Below are positions 40,886 to 51,235 of a stretch of DNA of 64,000 nt, piece after piece; position 1 is the stretch's first letter; each line of letters opens with the position of its first letter. Location of the stretch: assembly GCA_963737655.1 (NCBI GenBank), contig CAVTTN010000002.1, positions 1,120,001 to 1,184,000 on the forward strand. Reading direction: 5' to 3'. The translations under genes were made by a program, and so were the position numbers. The notes below the pieces were generated by a model, which ran no database searches, was not told where the DNA came from, and was given only the letters and a program-made list of their open reading frames with translations. This DNA comes from an uncultured Planctomycetota bacterium (lineage in GTDB: Bacteria; Planctomycetota; Planctomycetia; Isosphaerales; Isosphaeraceae).

Positions 40886-41753
40886 GGTCGGGGGTCGCCA
40901 GCTTCGCGGCCAGGAGGGTGTTCTTCATGAGCATGGCGATCGTCATCTTGCCCACCCCTCCGGGGACGGGCGAGATCCACGACGCGCATTGGCTCGCCGA
41001 TGGGAAATGGACGTCCCCGCAGAGCGTCCCGTCTTCTCGACGATGGATGCCCACGTCGATCACCACGGCGCCGGGCTTGACCCACTCGGCGGTGACCGAC
41101 TCGGCCCGGCCCACGGCGACGATCAGGAGGTCGGCCTCCCGGGCGATGGCCGGCGTGTCCTTCGAGGCGGTGTGGCAGACGGTCACCGTGGCGTCGCCGC
41201 CTCGGCCTTTTTGCATCAGGAGCAGGGCCATCGGCTTGCCCACGATGTTCGACCGGCCGAGGACCACGGCCCTCGCCCCGCTCGTGGCGATCTCGGCCGA
41301 GACGAGCATCTCCTGGACCCCCAACGGGGTACACGGGACGAACCGGGGGCGGCCGATCGTCAGGAGGCCGACGTTCTCGGGGTGGAACCCGTCCACGTCC
41401 TTCGCCGGGGCGACCCGTTCGATCACGTTTTGCTCATCCATGTGCCTGGGCAGGGGCAACTGGACGAGGATGCCGTGAATGGTCGGGTCGGCGTTCAGGC
41501 GATCGACGAGGTCGAGCAGGGCGGCCTCGGGGGCGTCGGCCGGCAGCCGTTCGAGCCGGCCGGCCATCCCGGCCGCCTTGCACGCGGCCCTCTTGTTGCG
41601 GACGTAGACCTCGCTGGCCGGATTGTCCCCGACGAGGACCGCCGCCAGACCCGGGACCACCCCGGTCGAGGCCGAGAACCTGGCCGAGTCCTCGGCGACC
41701 TCCCGCAAGATCGTCTCGGACAGGGCCTTACCGTCGAGGATGCGGGCGGGCAC
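40857..41753 (-). CDS. folD: Bifunctional methylene-THF dehydrogenase/cyclohydrolase
   Basis: 'ILDGK', 'YVRNK', 'GILVQLPLP', 'KDVDGFHP', 'PCTP', 'GRSNIVGKP', 'PVPGGVG'. Confidence 0.95.
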   Translation of the reverse strand: MPARILDGKALSETILREVAEDSARFSASTGVVPGLAAVLVGDNPASEVYVRNKRAACKAAGMAGRLERLPADAPEAALLDLVDRLNADPTIHGILVQLPLPRHMDEQNVIERVAPAKDVDGFHPENVGLLTIGRPRFVPCTPLGVQEMLVSAEIATSGARAVVLGRSNIVGKPMALLLMQKGRGGDATVTVCHTASKDTPAIAREADLLIVAVGRAESVTAEWVKPGAVVIDVGIHRREDGTLCGDVHFPSASQCASWISPVPGGVGKMTIAMLMKNTLLAAKLATPDHEPLDRSGV

Positions 41754-41855
41754 GGCGGGTCTCTCCCGAGGCCGATGGCGAGCGAATCCGATCCCTGCTC
41801 GCCCGATCTTACAAAAGCCGCCTCGGCGGATCGACCCGTCTCTCACCCTCGGCGA

Positions 41856-42371
41856 TCAATCCAGGTCGATATAATTGATCCCGCTGTCCCACTGGGGAGG
41901 GGTGCCGAGCCGGGGGCCGGCGCCTCGGTAGTTGGCCCGGGTGGGGTAGACGACCCCGCCGGCGGCCGGGAAGTTCGGGTAGGAGAAGCCGGTCCCGACC
42001 TCGGGGCGGAGGACGCCGTCATAGCCCCTCTGGTAGAGCTGGACCGGCGCGGCCTCGGCGCGGAAGACCGACAGGGGGCCGTAGATCGGCATCGCGGCGC
42101 CCTCGCCGTAAATGCCCAGGGGGGAGTAGCCGCCTCCGGCGTTGAAGTTGCCTCGGATGTTGACGAACGGCTGGGGATAGAAGGTGCCGAGCATCGGCGA
42201 GGGGGCCACTCCGGCGACCCTCGGGGCCGAGGTCGGGACGTATCGGGGGGTCGTCCGGCGGGCCCGCGGCCATCCGGCGGAGGCCGGGGTCGAGGCCCCC
42301 AGGGCCACGACGCCCGCCAGCAGCAGGAGGGGGCCCAGGGCCCGGGTTCGGGCGCAAACGCGATGGCTCAT
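41856..42371 (-). CDS. Secreted Pro/Gly/Tyr-rich hypothetical protein
   Basis: Signal peptide ending ASA, coherent codon usage. Confidence 0.65.
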   Translation of the reverse strand: MSHRVCARTRALGPLLLLAGVVALGASTPASAGWPRARRTTPRYVPTSAPRVAGVAPSPMLGTFYPQPFVNIRGNFNAGGGYSPLGIYGEGAAMPIYGPLSVFRAEAAPVQLYQRGYDGVLRPEVGTGFSYPNFPAAGGVVYPTRANYRGAGPRLGTPPQWDSGINYIDLD

Positions 42372-42529
42372 CGGGGCGGCCTCGATTGGTGACGCCGGGG
42401 CCGAGGCGCGGGGGTCGGCCGCGCCTCGGAGAATCTTCAGCGATTCTACCCCATTTTTCGACCGACGGGGATGATTCTGACGGCGGCCCCGCCCTGGGCG
42501 GCGCGGATCAGACGATTGAGGACGATGGG

Positions 42530-43003
42530 TCAGTCCAGCGAGGCACCCACGGCCGAGGGCAGAAGGCGGTGCGACTCCTCGACGATCCGGGCCACGCCCT
42601 CGCCCAGGGGAGACGCCAGCAGCTCGTGGAACTTGCGGTCCAGGTCGGGATGCCGGGCCGCCGGGCCGGCGCCCCGGGAGGCGAAGTGCGGCCCTCCTCG
42701 CGAGCCATGCGCCGGGCTCTCACCCATCGGCGAGTCGGACCGGCCGAAGCTCGGCTCGCGGTACGCCTCCTCGACCGGCGAGGTCGCCGACTCCAGGTCC
42801 CACTCCGCGTTACCCAGCAGCACCTCGATCGACACATCCAGGGCCCGGGCGATCCTCCGCAAGGTCCCCGCCCGGGGCGTCTCGGTCTTCCCGCATTCAA
42901 TCTGGTACAGGGCGGTCCGGGAGATCGCCGCTCTACTGGCCAGCTCGTCCGGCCCCCAACCCTTGGCGTACCGACAGTCACGGATACGCTTCGCCAGATT
43001 CAT
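42530..43003 (-). CDS. XRE-family HTH transcriptional regulator
   Basis: 'MNLAKRIRDCRYAKGWGPDELASRAAISRTALYQIECGKTETPRAGTLRRIARALDV'; GGAGG RBS. Confidence 0.88.
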   Translation of the reverse strand: MNLAKRIRDCRYAKGWGPDELASRAAISRTALYQIECGKTETPRAGTLRRIARALDVSIEVLLGNAEWDLESATSPVEEAYREPSFGRSDSPMGESPAHGSRGGPHFASRGAGPAARHPDLDRKFHELLASPLGEGVARIVEESHRLLPSAVGASLD

Positions 43004-43312
43004 CGTCAGCCTCCTCGCACAAACAGGACTCGTCTTCGAACCCGACCAAAATTTACAAAACGGGAAGAAACGAGTCAATAAGCCATACCTCCGCCCCCGA
43101 ATTTGCGCCAAATCGCTACGAAGCCAAAGATTTCGACAAAGAATCCTGTTTGCAAGCGTGTCCAAGGGCCAACAAGGCCGCGAAATGGCCCAAGAAGCGA
43201 CAAGGCGGCCGTCGGCCCGAGCCCTGGGGGATCGAGGCCGACGGGCCTTGGGGGCGTCCCATGAATCGAATCACGAGGGCCTGGAGATCCCCGGGCCCGG
43301 GCCGTCGGCGGT

Positions 43313-43576
43313 TCAGGCGCCCTTGGCCTCGAGCTCTTTCATGACTCCCACGAGCAGCGCGGGGTCCTTCTTGGCCATCAGGTGGTCGATCCGGGCCGGG
43401 GGGAATTCCAGCTTCGTCAGGATGTCGGCCACTCGCTTCCAGAGCCGATCCTTCGCCTTGCCCTCGGCCAGGTAGAGCTCGGTGACCAGCTCGGAGAGCC
43501 TCTGGGACTGGATCGAGTCGTAATTGTTGTAGTAGCGCTTGACGATCTTCTGCTGATAGGGGGACAGATCGGCCAT
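43313..43576 (-). CDS. Small conserved hypothetical protein
   Basis: 'YQQKIVKRYYNN...RLSELVTELYLAEG'; GGAGG RBS, helical. Confidence 0.75.
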   Translation of the reverse strand: MADLSPYQQKIVKRYYNNYDSIQSQRLSELVTELYLAEGKAKDRLWKRVADILTKLEFPPARIDHLMAKKDPALLVGVMKELEAKGA

Positions 43577-43621
43577 CGGGGGCCTCCGGGGTGTCCGGGC
43601 GGGGACCGTCTCGGGCGGATT

Positions 43622-44041
43622 CTAATCCAGGTCGGGCTTCTTCCGCAGTTTCTTGACGACCGACCGCCGCCCCTTGGCCTCGACCCGGCGGACCCGGGAG
43701 GCCATCGTCGGCTTGGTCGGGCGCCGGACCTTGGGCGGCCGGCTCGCGGCCAGGACCAGCTCGCGGACCTTCTCCAGGCAATCGTCGATGTTCCGTCCCT
43801 GGTCGCGGGTCTTCTGCGACGTGACGAGCAATTCCCCCTCGGTCGTCAGCCGAGCGGCGACGGCTTTCAGCAATCGATCGCGGACGGCCGGAGGCAGGCT
43901 CGGGCTGGCTCCGGGCGACCACCGAAGCGTCGCCTTCGACGCCACCTTGTTCACGTTCTGACCCCCCGGCCCGCCCGAACGGGCGAACTCGAACGAGAAC
44001 TCGTCCATCGGGATCGCGATCCGTTCGGTGATGATGAGCAT
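43622..44041 (-). CDS. arfB: Alternative ribosome rescue factor B (peptidyl-tRNA hydrolase)
   Basis: 'RSGGPGGQNVNKV', 'SQKTRDQ', basic tail 'RRPTKPT...RRVEAK'. Confidence 0.93.
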   Translation of the reverse strand: MLIITERIAIPMDEFSFEFARSGGPGGQNVNKVASKATLRWSPGASPSLPPAVRDRLLKAVAARLTTEGELLVTSQKTRDQGRNIDDCLEKVRELVLAASRPPKVRRPTKPTMASRVRRVEAKGRRSVVKKLRKKPDLD

Positions 44042-44170
44042 CGGTCGAGGTCCTGAAGCGGTGTGCCGATCATTCTAACGGATCGCGCGCCAAGCTGCCC
44101 GCGATTCGCCCGGCTTCCCGGCAATCCTCCTCCGAAGCCCGCCCTCCGTGATAAAACAGGACGGGGGCGA

Positions 44171-44194
44171 GTCGGCGGGTTCCACCCGCCTTAC
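44171..44194. repeat. Degenerate single REP (GGCGGG-N-CCCGCC type)
   Basis: GTCGGCGGGTTCCACCCGCCTTAC resembles units at about 53835 and 60315. Confidence 0.6.
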
Positions 44195-44230
44195 ACATCG
44201 GTGGGGTCCGCCCACCTCTCGGGGCCTGTC

Positions 44231-45898
44231 ATGGACGATCGCGAAACCCAGGGCGAGGTCGAGCGGGCGGCCCGGTCCCTCCTGGGCTGGCCGTTCAGCC
44301 TGCTCGTGGCGGGGATCTCGGCCGCCATGGTCGCCACCTGGCTGCCCCATTACCTGCTCTGGCCCTGGTGGCCCGACCTGGACACCTGGGCGACGATCGC
44401 CCAGGGGTGGGATTCGGGGATTCGCCCCTATCGCGACGTCGTCATCTTCAACTTCCCCGGGCAGATCTACGGCGCCTACGGCCTGGGCAAGCTCTTCGGC
44501 TGGGGCCGGACCTGGCCGGTCTTCGCGCTCGACGCCGCCCTCCTCCTGACCCTGGGCGGGCTGCTCGCAAGCTGGAGCCGCCGGTGCCTGGGGCGGACAC
44601 TGCCGGGCCTGGTCGGGTTCGCGGCCGTCCTCTCGGCCTACCTGAACCTGGACTACACCTACGCCGCGCAGAGGGACTGGCAGGGGCCGTTGCTCGCCCT
44701 GGCGGGCCTGCTCATCGTCCAGCGATGGCCGGGCCCGAAAGGCCGGCTCGCCGCCTCGGCCCTCCTGGCGATGGGCTTCGCGATCCGGCCCCACGTCGTC
44801 CTCTTCGGGCCTCCGATCGCCCTGGCGATCTACCTTCAGAGGCCCGAGGCCGAGCCCCGATCCGCCACGGCCCGGAGGTTCGCGATCTGGGCCGCGCTTT
44901 CGCTCCTGATGGTCGCTCTGGCGTTCTCGCCGTTGATCTGGCAGGGCTTGATGGGCGATTTCGTCCGGGGGGTCCGCCAGGCCAGCTACGGGAGCCGGTA
45001 CAGCCAGACGACCCGGAAATCCCTGGGGATGGGCCTCCTCCACGGGCTCTCGCTCGACCGCCTCGACCGCCCGTTCCGGCTCCGGGGGCCGGCCCTGGCC
45101 AACGAGCTGTGGGAGCGTCTGGAAGGCTGGAAGACCCTGGCCACGATCGCCCTGCTCATCCTGATCGCCCGGACGGCGCCGGACCGCGTCCGCCGGGTTG
45201 CGTGGCCGTGGGTGGCGGCCCTGGGGTTCGCCCTGCTCTATCGGCCCCTGCACCCGAAACCCCACCTCTATCTCGTCTTGCCGCTCCGGCTGACGTGGGC
45301 CTGCTCGCTCCCGCTGCTCGTCGATGGCCTGCTGAGGACGACGGCGAGGCGCCCCATCCTGGGGCTGGCCGGCACCCTGATCCTGCTCGGGGTGGCGGTC
45401 CCGGGCGTCCCGAGCTTCTGTTCGGTCACCGAGAGCCTCGACGCCCTCCGCGAGTGGAAACGATCGGACGAGCCCGAGCTCCTGCCCCGGACCGCCTCCG
45501 CCCAGTTCCACCCGGGACGGCCGGAATCCCCGTTCACCTGGCCCGACTATCGCCGGACGTTGATTTATTTGCGGTCCCGGACGTCCCCCGCGACCCCGGT
45601 GGCGAACCTCCTGAACAACGTCCCGTTCCCGGCGATCAACGGGCCGATCGGGCGGATTTCGCCGTTGCCGGCCGAGTCCGGCCTGATCTGGATCTGGTCG
45701 GTCGATCCGACCCAGGAAGACGCCTTCGTGAAAGCCCTGGAACGCTCGCCGGCCGGCACGGTGGTCGTCTGGTCGCCGGGCACCCCCACGTTCGACAAAC
45801 GGCTCCAGATCCCCAAGCTCTCGGAGGCCGTTCGCCGCATGTTCCGTCCCGAGGCCAGGTTCGGGCCCATCGAGGTCTGGCGGAAACCGGGCGGCTGA
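44231..45898 (+). CDS. Polytopic membrane protein, probable GT-C glycosyltransferase
   Basis: 'GIRPYRDVVIFNFPG', 'AQRD', 'AIRP', multiple TM segments and a soluble C-terminal domain. Confidence 0.65.
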   Translation: MDDRETQGEVERAARSLLGWPFSLLVAGISAAMVATWLPHYLLWPWWPDLDTWATIAQGWDSGIRPYRDVVIFNFPGQIYGAYGLGKLFGWGRTWPVFALDAALLLTLGGLLASWSRRCLGRTLPGLVGFAAVLSAYLNLDYTYAAQRDWQGPLLALAGLLIVQRWPGPKGRLAASALLAMGFAIRPHVVLFGPPIALAIYLQRPEAEPRSATARRFAIWAALSLLMVALAFSPLIWQGLMGDFVRGVRQASYGSRYSQTTRKSLGMGLLHGLSLDRLDRPFRLRGPALANELWERLEGWKTLATIALLILIARTAPDRVRRVAWPWVAALGFALLYRPLHPKPHLYLVLPLRLTWACSLPLLVDGLLRTTARRPILGLAGTLILLGVAVPGVPSFCSVTESLDALREWKRSDEPELLPRTASAQFHPGRPESPFTWPDYRRTLIYLRSRTSPATPVANLLNNVPFPAINGPIGRISPLPAESGLIWIWSVDPTQEDAFVKALERSPAGTVVVWSPGTPTFDKRLQIPKLSEAVRRMFRPEARFGPIEVWRKPGG

Positions 45899-46234
45899 CC
45901 AGGAAAACAGGGAGACTCGCACCTCGCCCGCGACACACGGATCTCGCAGTCTTCGTCGGGCGGGCCCTGGCCTGCCGTCTTCGCGTCTCGGCGGGCCAGG
46001 GCCTGCCTGCCCTCCACGGGTGCGACCCGAGCGTGGCCCGCCGTGCCGCTCGGTTCGCGATCGCGCATTTTCCTGCCGGCTCCTCGGTTGAATAGGGGAA
46101 GGGCGGGGACCATAATGGACCGAGATCGACGCCCGCCCGGCCGGCCTCGCGCCCTCCGCCCGCGACCGAGATCCGTCCGCCCCTCCGTTTCGTTCCGTCT
46201 CGATCCGTCCCGCCCGGCCCCGACGAGCCCGCCC

Positions 46235-47455
46235 ATGCCCGCCGCCACCCCGCCTCGCCGCAAAGTCGGTCTCTGGCTCATTGGCGCCTTCGGAGGGGTC
46301 GGCACGACGATCACTCTCGGGCTGGCGGCCCTGGCCCGGGGCCAGAAATCCTCGACCGGGCTGGTCACCGCCCTCCCCATGTTCGAGGGCCTCGACCTGC
46401 CCGATCCGTCCGACTTCGTCGTCGGCGGCCACGACATCCGCCAGGGCTCGTTCGAGGAATCGGCCGAGGAGTTCCGCCGCAATTCCGGCGTGTTCGATTC
46501 GGAACTGATCGCCGCGTGCCGAGCCGACCTGGCCGCCGCCTCCGCCCGCGTCCGGCCCGGGACGAAGCTCGGCTCCGGCGCCGTGATCTCCAGGCTCGGC
46601 ACCTGGGGCGACGCCAAGCCCGCGAGGACCGCCCGCGAGGCCGTCGATCGGATCGCCGCCGACCTCGCCGCGTTCGTCGAGGCCGAGAGGGTCGATCACC
46701 TGATCGTCCTGAACGTCGCCAGCACCGAGCCGCCGTTCACCCTGGGCGACGTCCACCAGAACTGGGACACCCTCAGCGCCGCCCTGGCCGACGGAGGCGC
46801 GGAGCTCCTCCCCTCCAGCTCGCTCTACGCCCTGGCGGCCCTCCGCAACGGCCACACGTATGTGAATTTCACGCCCAGCCTCGGCGCCTCGATCCCGGCC
46901 CTCTCGCAGCTCGCCGAGACGACCGGCTCCCTCCTGGCCGGCAAGGACGGCAAGACGGGCGAGACGCTCATGAAGACCGTCCTCGCCCCGATGTTCGCCG
47001 CCAGGAACCTGGACGTGATGAGCTGGGTCGGCCACAACATTTTCGGCAACCGCGACGGCGTGGTGCTGGACGACCCGGTGAACAAGTCGTCCAAGGTCGA
47101 GACCAAGGACAAGGTCATCACCCAGATCCTCGGCTACAAGCCGTCGACTCTGGTGACGATCGAGTACATCCCCGACATGGGGGACTGGAAGACGGCCTGG
47201 GACCACATCCACTTCCAGGGCTTCCTCGGCTGCAAGATGGCCCTCCAGTTCACCTGGCAAGGCTGCGACAGCCTCCTGGCCGCTCCCCTGGCCATCGACC
47301 TGGCAAGGCTCGCCGACTTCGAGAAGGCGCGGGGCGGGTCCGGCCTGATGAGGCACCTCGCCTCCTTCTTCAAGAGCCCCGAGGGCGTCGCCGAGAACGA
47401 CTTCTTCAAGCAATTCGCCGTCCTGGCGGAATACGCGGCGAAGGCCGGGCGGTGA
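46235..47455 (+). CDS. ino1: Inositol-3-phosphate (myo-inositol-1-phosphate) synthase
   Basis: 'GAFGGVGTT', 'NVASTE', 'NFTPS', 'GKDGKTGETL', 'GNRDG', 'DWKTAWD', 'GCDSLLAAPL'. Confidence 0.9.
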   Translation: MPAATPPRRKVGLWLIGAFGGVGTTITLGLAALARGQKSSTGLVTALPMFEGLDLPDPSDFVVGGHDIRQGSFEESAEEFRRNSGVFDSELIAACRADLAAASARVRPGTKLGSGAVISRLGTWGDAKPARTAREAVDRIAADLAAFVEAERVDHLIVLNVASTEPPFTLGDVHQNWDTLSAALADGGAELLPSSSLYALAALRNGHTYVNFTPSLGASIPALSQLAETTGSLLAGKDGKTGETLMKTVLAPMFAARNLDVMSWVGHNIFGNRDGVVLDDPVNKSSKVETKDKVITQILGYKPSTLVTIEYIPDMGDWKTAWDHIHFQGFLGCKMALQFTWQGCDSLLAAPLAIDLARLADFEKARGGSGLMRHLASFFKSPEGVAENDFFKQFAVLAEYAAKAGR

Positions 47456-47773
47456 GCGTGAGGGTCTACCTCGAAGTGGACCCCAGGACGCTCCGATTGC
47501 CGCCAAGCCGACTCGATGGGGCCGACCCGATCAAACTCAAGGAGCAAATCCTGCGATTCGGCGCGGCGACGCATGAGATGCCGGATGTTTTCGTCTAATC
47601 GCGATCGGGCCGGTCTCCTGATGATCTGGGAAGCGGTCACGAGGGCCACCCGGATCGCGCTCCTCTCGCCCGGGACGATGATTCGAGTCGAAGTACTCGC
47701 CACCAAGGATAAGGACTTCAGCAAGCAACCCAGGGTGGAGGATCGCCTGCCGTGGCAGATCCAATCCGAATAG
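47452..47773 (+). pseudogene. Small hypothetical protein, possibly ParB/Srx-like, broken by a +1 insertion at 47597
   Basis: 'VDPRTLRLPPSRLDGADPIKL..QI.RFG...MPDVFV' ends at TAA; deleting one A gives Y-R-D-R and continues into 'LMIWEAVTRATRIALLSPGTMIRVEV'. Confidence 0.55.
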
Positions 47774-48509
47774 AGCTTCTCGAGGTTGTTTCTCGCATTT
47801 ACCGCATCCTGCCAGGGATGCGATTGGGTCAACTCGTCTGCAACCTTGCGTCCCTGGTCGAGATGTCCATCGAGGCCGTTTGGACCGTGGAGGATGCGCC
47901 CCTCCTCCTGGAATCCGAAGCATTCCTCGACGAGCAGGTGAACCGCCTCGGGCTTTCGGGGCCCTCGTTCACGGAACAGGAACTCGAACTTATCCTCCAG
48001 GGGTCGGAGGAGTTCGAACGCCACCGGGACACGGACTTTCTTTCCTCGATCGCCTGGTGTCTTGAGGAGTTCTCCGAGCTTCGATTCGGAGAATTGATCG
48101 CGCTCCTCGTCGCTCATCACCGACGTCCTAACTCACCACGCGAGTGGGCGGCTTCGATCTGGGACATCAGCGATGAAGATCTCGAAGCGGTGATCTATAG
48201 GCTCAATTGGAGAAATACCGGCATTTCGAATACCACAACCATTGTGTCCATGTTCGGAACGAGCCAGGATGCCCGACCCGTGATCCTGCGACGGGCCTGG
48301 CTCGACACGTTGGCCCTCGCCGTTCGAACCGGAGAGGTCATCTCGGCGAATGATGAAGTCAACGGTCATGGCGCAGCCACCGATCCGGACGCGGTTCGAT
48401 GCAGCCCGAGGATCGGATGGAAACCTGGACGGAACGAGATCGAGAACTCCTGGAATTCATCAAGTCCTTCCTCGAACAGCGGCCATACAATACGATCGAC
48501 GCCGATTAA
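47752..48509 (+). CDS. Hypothetical helical-repeat protein, probably frameshifted near 48340-48400
   Basis: Internal repeat 'MRLGQLV..L...AVWTVEDAPLL' / 'LRFGELI..L...IWDISDEDL'; an alternative frame gives a plausible end 'TWTERDRELLEFIKSFLEQ' stopping at 48509. Confidence 0.5.
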
Positions 48510-48569
48510 GGTGTCGATCCCCACATCACGCACCGATGATTCCAAACTCACTCTAGCCTGGGCCGGACC

Positions 48570-49427
48570 ATGCGCCTCGCCTTCAGCACGAACGCCTACA
48601 TGAAGTTCTCCTTCGAGGAGGCCGTGGCCCGGATCGCCTCGATCGGCTACGAGGGGCTGGAGCTCATGGCCGACGTCCCCCACGCCTGGCCCAACGGGCT
48701 CCTGCCAGGCCCGAAGAAGGCCATCGGCGCCGCCATGCGCAACGGCGGCCTCGAATTCTCGAACGTCAACGCGTTCATGATGAACGCGATCAACGACTAC
48801 CGCCAGCCGTACTGGTATCCCTCGTTCATCGAGCCCGACGAGGGTTACCGCCGCGTGAGGATCGACCACACGAGGCGGGCCCTGTCCCTCTGCGCCGATC
48901 TCGGCGCCCCGCACATCACCACCGAGCCGGGCGGGCCGATCGCCCCGGGCCAGGCCCGCGAACAGGCCGTCTCGCTGTTCGTGGAGGCGCTGAAGCCGCT
49001 GGCCGAGCATGCCCATCACCTCGGCGTGATGCTGTTGATCGAGCCCGAGCCGGGCCTCCTCGTCGAGACGACCGACGAGTACCTGGAGATCGCCGAGAAG
49101 GTCGATGCCCCCTCGATCGGCCTGAACTTCGACGTCGGCCACGCCTTCTGCATGAGCGAGGACCTCCCCAGGCAGATCGCCAAGCTCGCGAAGCACACGC
49201 GCCACTATCATTTCGAGGACATCGCCGAGACCCGGGTCCATCACCACCTGATCCCCGGCCTCGGCGCGATCGATTTCCCCGAGGTCGTCGCCGCGATCCA
49301 GGCCACCGGCTACGACGGCTGGATCACCGTCGAGCTGTACCCGAACGTGGACGACCCCGACGGCGCCGCCCAGGCCGCGTACGACAAGCTCAAGCCCCTG
49401 ATCGACGCCCCGGCGCCCTCCCGATGA
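48570..49427 (+). CDS. Sugar phosphate isomerase/epimerase (TIM barrel), ebo-like cluster
   Basis: 'FSTNAY', 'ELMADVPH', 'IEPEPG', 'NFDVGH', 'HFEDI', 'HHHLIPG', 'TVELY'. Confidence 0.88.
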   Translation: MRLAFSTNAYMKFSFEEAVARIASIGYEGLELMADVPHAWPNGLLPGPKKAIGAAMRNGGLEFSNVNAFMMNAINDYRQPYWYPSFIEPDEGYRRVRIDHTRRALSLCADLGAPHITTEPGGPIAPGQAREQAVSLFVEALKPLAEHAHHLGVMLLIEPEPGLLVETTDEYLEIAEKVDAPSIGLNFDVGHAFCMSEDLPRQIAKLAKHTRHYHFEDIAETRVHHHLIPGLGAIDFPEVVAAIQATGYDGWITVELYPNVDDPDGAAQAAYDKLKPLIDAPAPSR

Positions 49428-50329
49428 CGCTGAAGCCGTACTTCCAGCTCGTCCGCCTGCCGAACCTGTTCACGGCCGCCGCCGACCCGATCGCCGGGGC
49501 GATCCTGGCCGTCGGCGCGACGGTTTCGCCCCGCCGATGGCTCCCCCTGGCCCTCGCGTCGGCCGCGATCTATGCCGCCGGGATCGTCCTCAACGATGTT
49601 TTTGATTACGAGATCGACAAACGGGAGCGCCCGAATCGCCCGTTGCCCTCGGGCCGCGTCTCGCGACGGTTCGCCGCCTGGCTCGGCTCGCTGTTGATGA
49701 TCGGAGGGGTGGCGCTGGCGGCCGTCCCGGGGGAGCGTCCGCCGCTCTTCGTGGCCCTGGCGCTGGCCTCGGCGGTCCTGGTCTACGACGTCTGGGCCCG
49801 CAAGACGGTGCTCGGTCCCGAGGTCATGGGGCTCTGCCGGGGCCTGAACCTGGCGCTCGGGTTGAGCCTCGACCCGGGGTTCGGCGGGCCGTCGGCCCTG
49901 ATGGCGGCGGGGGCGTTCGGGCTGTTCGTCGTCGGCCTGACGTGGATCAGCCGATCGGAGGTCGAGGAGGGGCGGTCTCGGGGCGTGGCGGCGGGGATGG
50001 TGATTCAGGACCTCGCGATCCTCGGCCTCTTCGCCGCGATCTTGAGGGCGGCCACCTTCCCGGGCGCCGGCTCCGAGCGGCCGATCTTGCCATTGGAAGG
50101 CTTGCTGGTCCTCGGGATGGTCGCCCTGATCGTCAACGCGAGAGTCGGCCGGGCCTGGGTGGAACCGACTCCGAAAACGATCCAGATGGCCGTGAAAACC
50201 GGCGTCCTGTCGCTGGTGTGGCTCGACGTGGGCCTCGTGGCGGGCGTCCGGGGGCCGGGCCCGGCCCTGGGCATCGCGGCCCTTTGGCTCCCGGCGTTCG
50301 TCCTGGGTAAATGGCTCTATTCGACGTGA
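49424..50329 (+). CDS. UbiA family prenyltransferase, EboC-like
   Basis: 'LVRLPNLFTA', 'LNDVFDYEIDKRERPNRPLPSG', 'MGLCRGLN'. Confidence 0.88.
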   Translation: MTLKPYFQLVRLPNLFTAAADPIAGAILAVGATVSPRRWLPLALASAAIYAAGIVLNDVFDYEIDKRERPNRPLPSGRVSRRFAAWLGSLLMIGGVALAAVPGERPPLFVALALASAVLVYDVWARKTVLGPEVMGLCRGLNLALGLSLDPGFGGPSALMAAGAFGLFVVGLTWISRSEVEEGRSRGVAAGMVIQDLAILGLFAAILRAATFPGAGSERPILPLEGLLVLGMVALIVNARVGRAWVEPTPKTIQMAVKTGVLSLVWLDVGLVAGVRGPGPALGIAALWLPAFVLGKWLYST

Positions 50330-50351
50330 TTTCGAGACGAGGGCGTCCGCG

Positions 50352-51235
50352 ATGAGGCTCGGCTACAACACCAACGGCCTCGCCCACCACCGATTGACCG
50401 ACGCGATCCGCCTCCTCGCCGACGAGGGGTTCCGGAGCGTCGCCATCACCCTCGACGCCGCCGCGCTCGACCCGTTCGGCGATCCGATCGCCCTGATGTC
50501 GCAGATTGAGGAAATCCGAACCCTCCTCGACAAATCGCGGATGACCTGCGTGATCGAGACCGGCGCCCGCTACCTCCTGAACCCGAGGATGAAGCACGAC
50601 CCGACGCTGATGGACCCCGATCCCGTCCGCCGGAACGTCCGCATCGACTTCCTCAAGAGGGCCATCGACCTGGCCAGCGAACTCAACGCCGAAGCCATGT
50701 CGTTCTGGTCGGGAATCCTCCGCGATGACGCCTCGGAGGTGATCGCGATGGGGCGACTGGTCGAGGCGCTGAAGCCGGTGCTCGACCACTCCGAGCTCAG
50801 GGACGTCCGGCTCGCCTTCGAGCCCGAGCCGGGGATGTTCATCGACACCCTCGCCCGGTTCGCCGAGCTCGACCGGCGCCTCGCCCACCCGCGCTTTCAG
50901 ATGACGATGGACCTCGGCCACGTCCACTGCAATGAAGAGGGGGCCGTCGCCGACCACATCCTCGCCTGGGCCCGAGGATCGCCAACGTCCACATCGAGGA
51001 CATGGTCCGGGGCGTCCACGATCACCTGATGTTCGGCGAGGGGACGATGGATTTCCCCCCGATTTTCGACGCGTTGCGCGACGTGGGTTACGCCGGGAGC
51101 GTGAACGTCGAGCTCAGCCGCCACAGCCACATGGGCGTGGAGGCCGTCCGCCGGTCCCGAGCGTTCCTCGGCCCGCTCATCCACGGCCGGTCGGGGCCGA
51201 CGACGTCCCGCCTCACATCCGCTCCACCGTCCTGA
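50352..51235 (+). CDS. Sugar phosphate isomerase/epimerase (TIM barrel), frameshift near 50970
   Basis: 'GYNTNG..HH', 'IETGARYLL', 'FEPEPGM', 'DLGH'; adding one C gives 'NVHIEDM..GVHDHLMFGEG...VELSRH'. Confidence 0.82.

Noticed and set aside
42530..43003. Prophage repressor
   Set aside because: No phage or integrase genes nearby; flanked by housekeeping genes.
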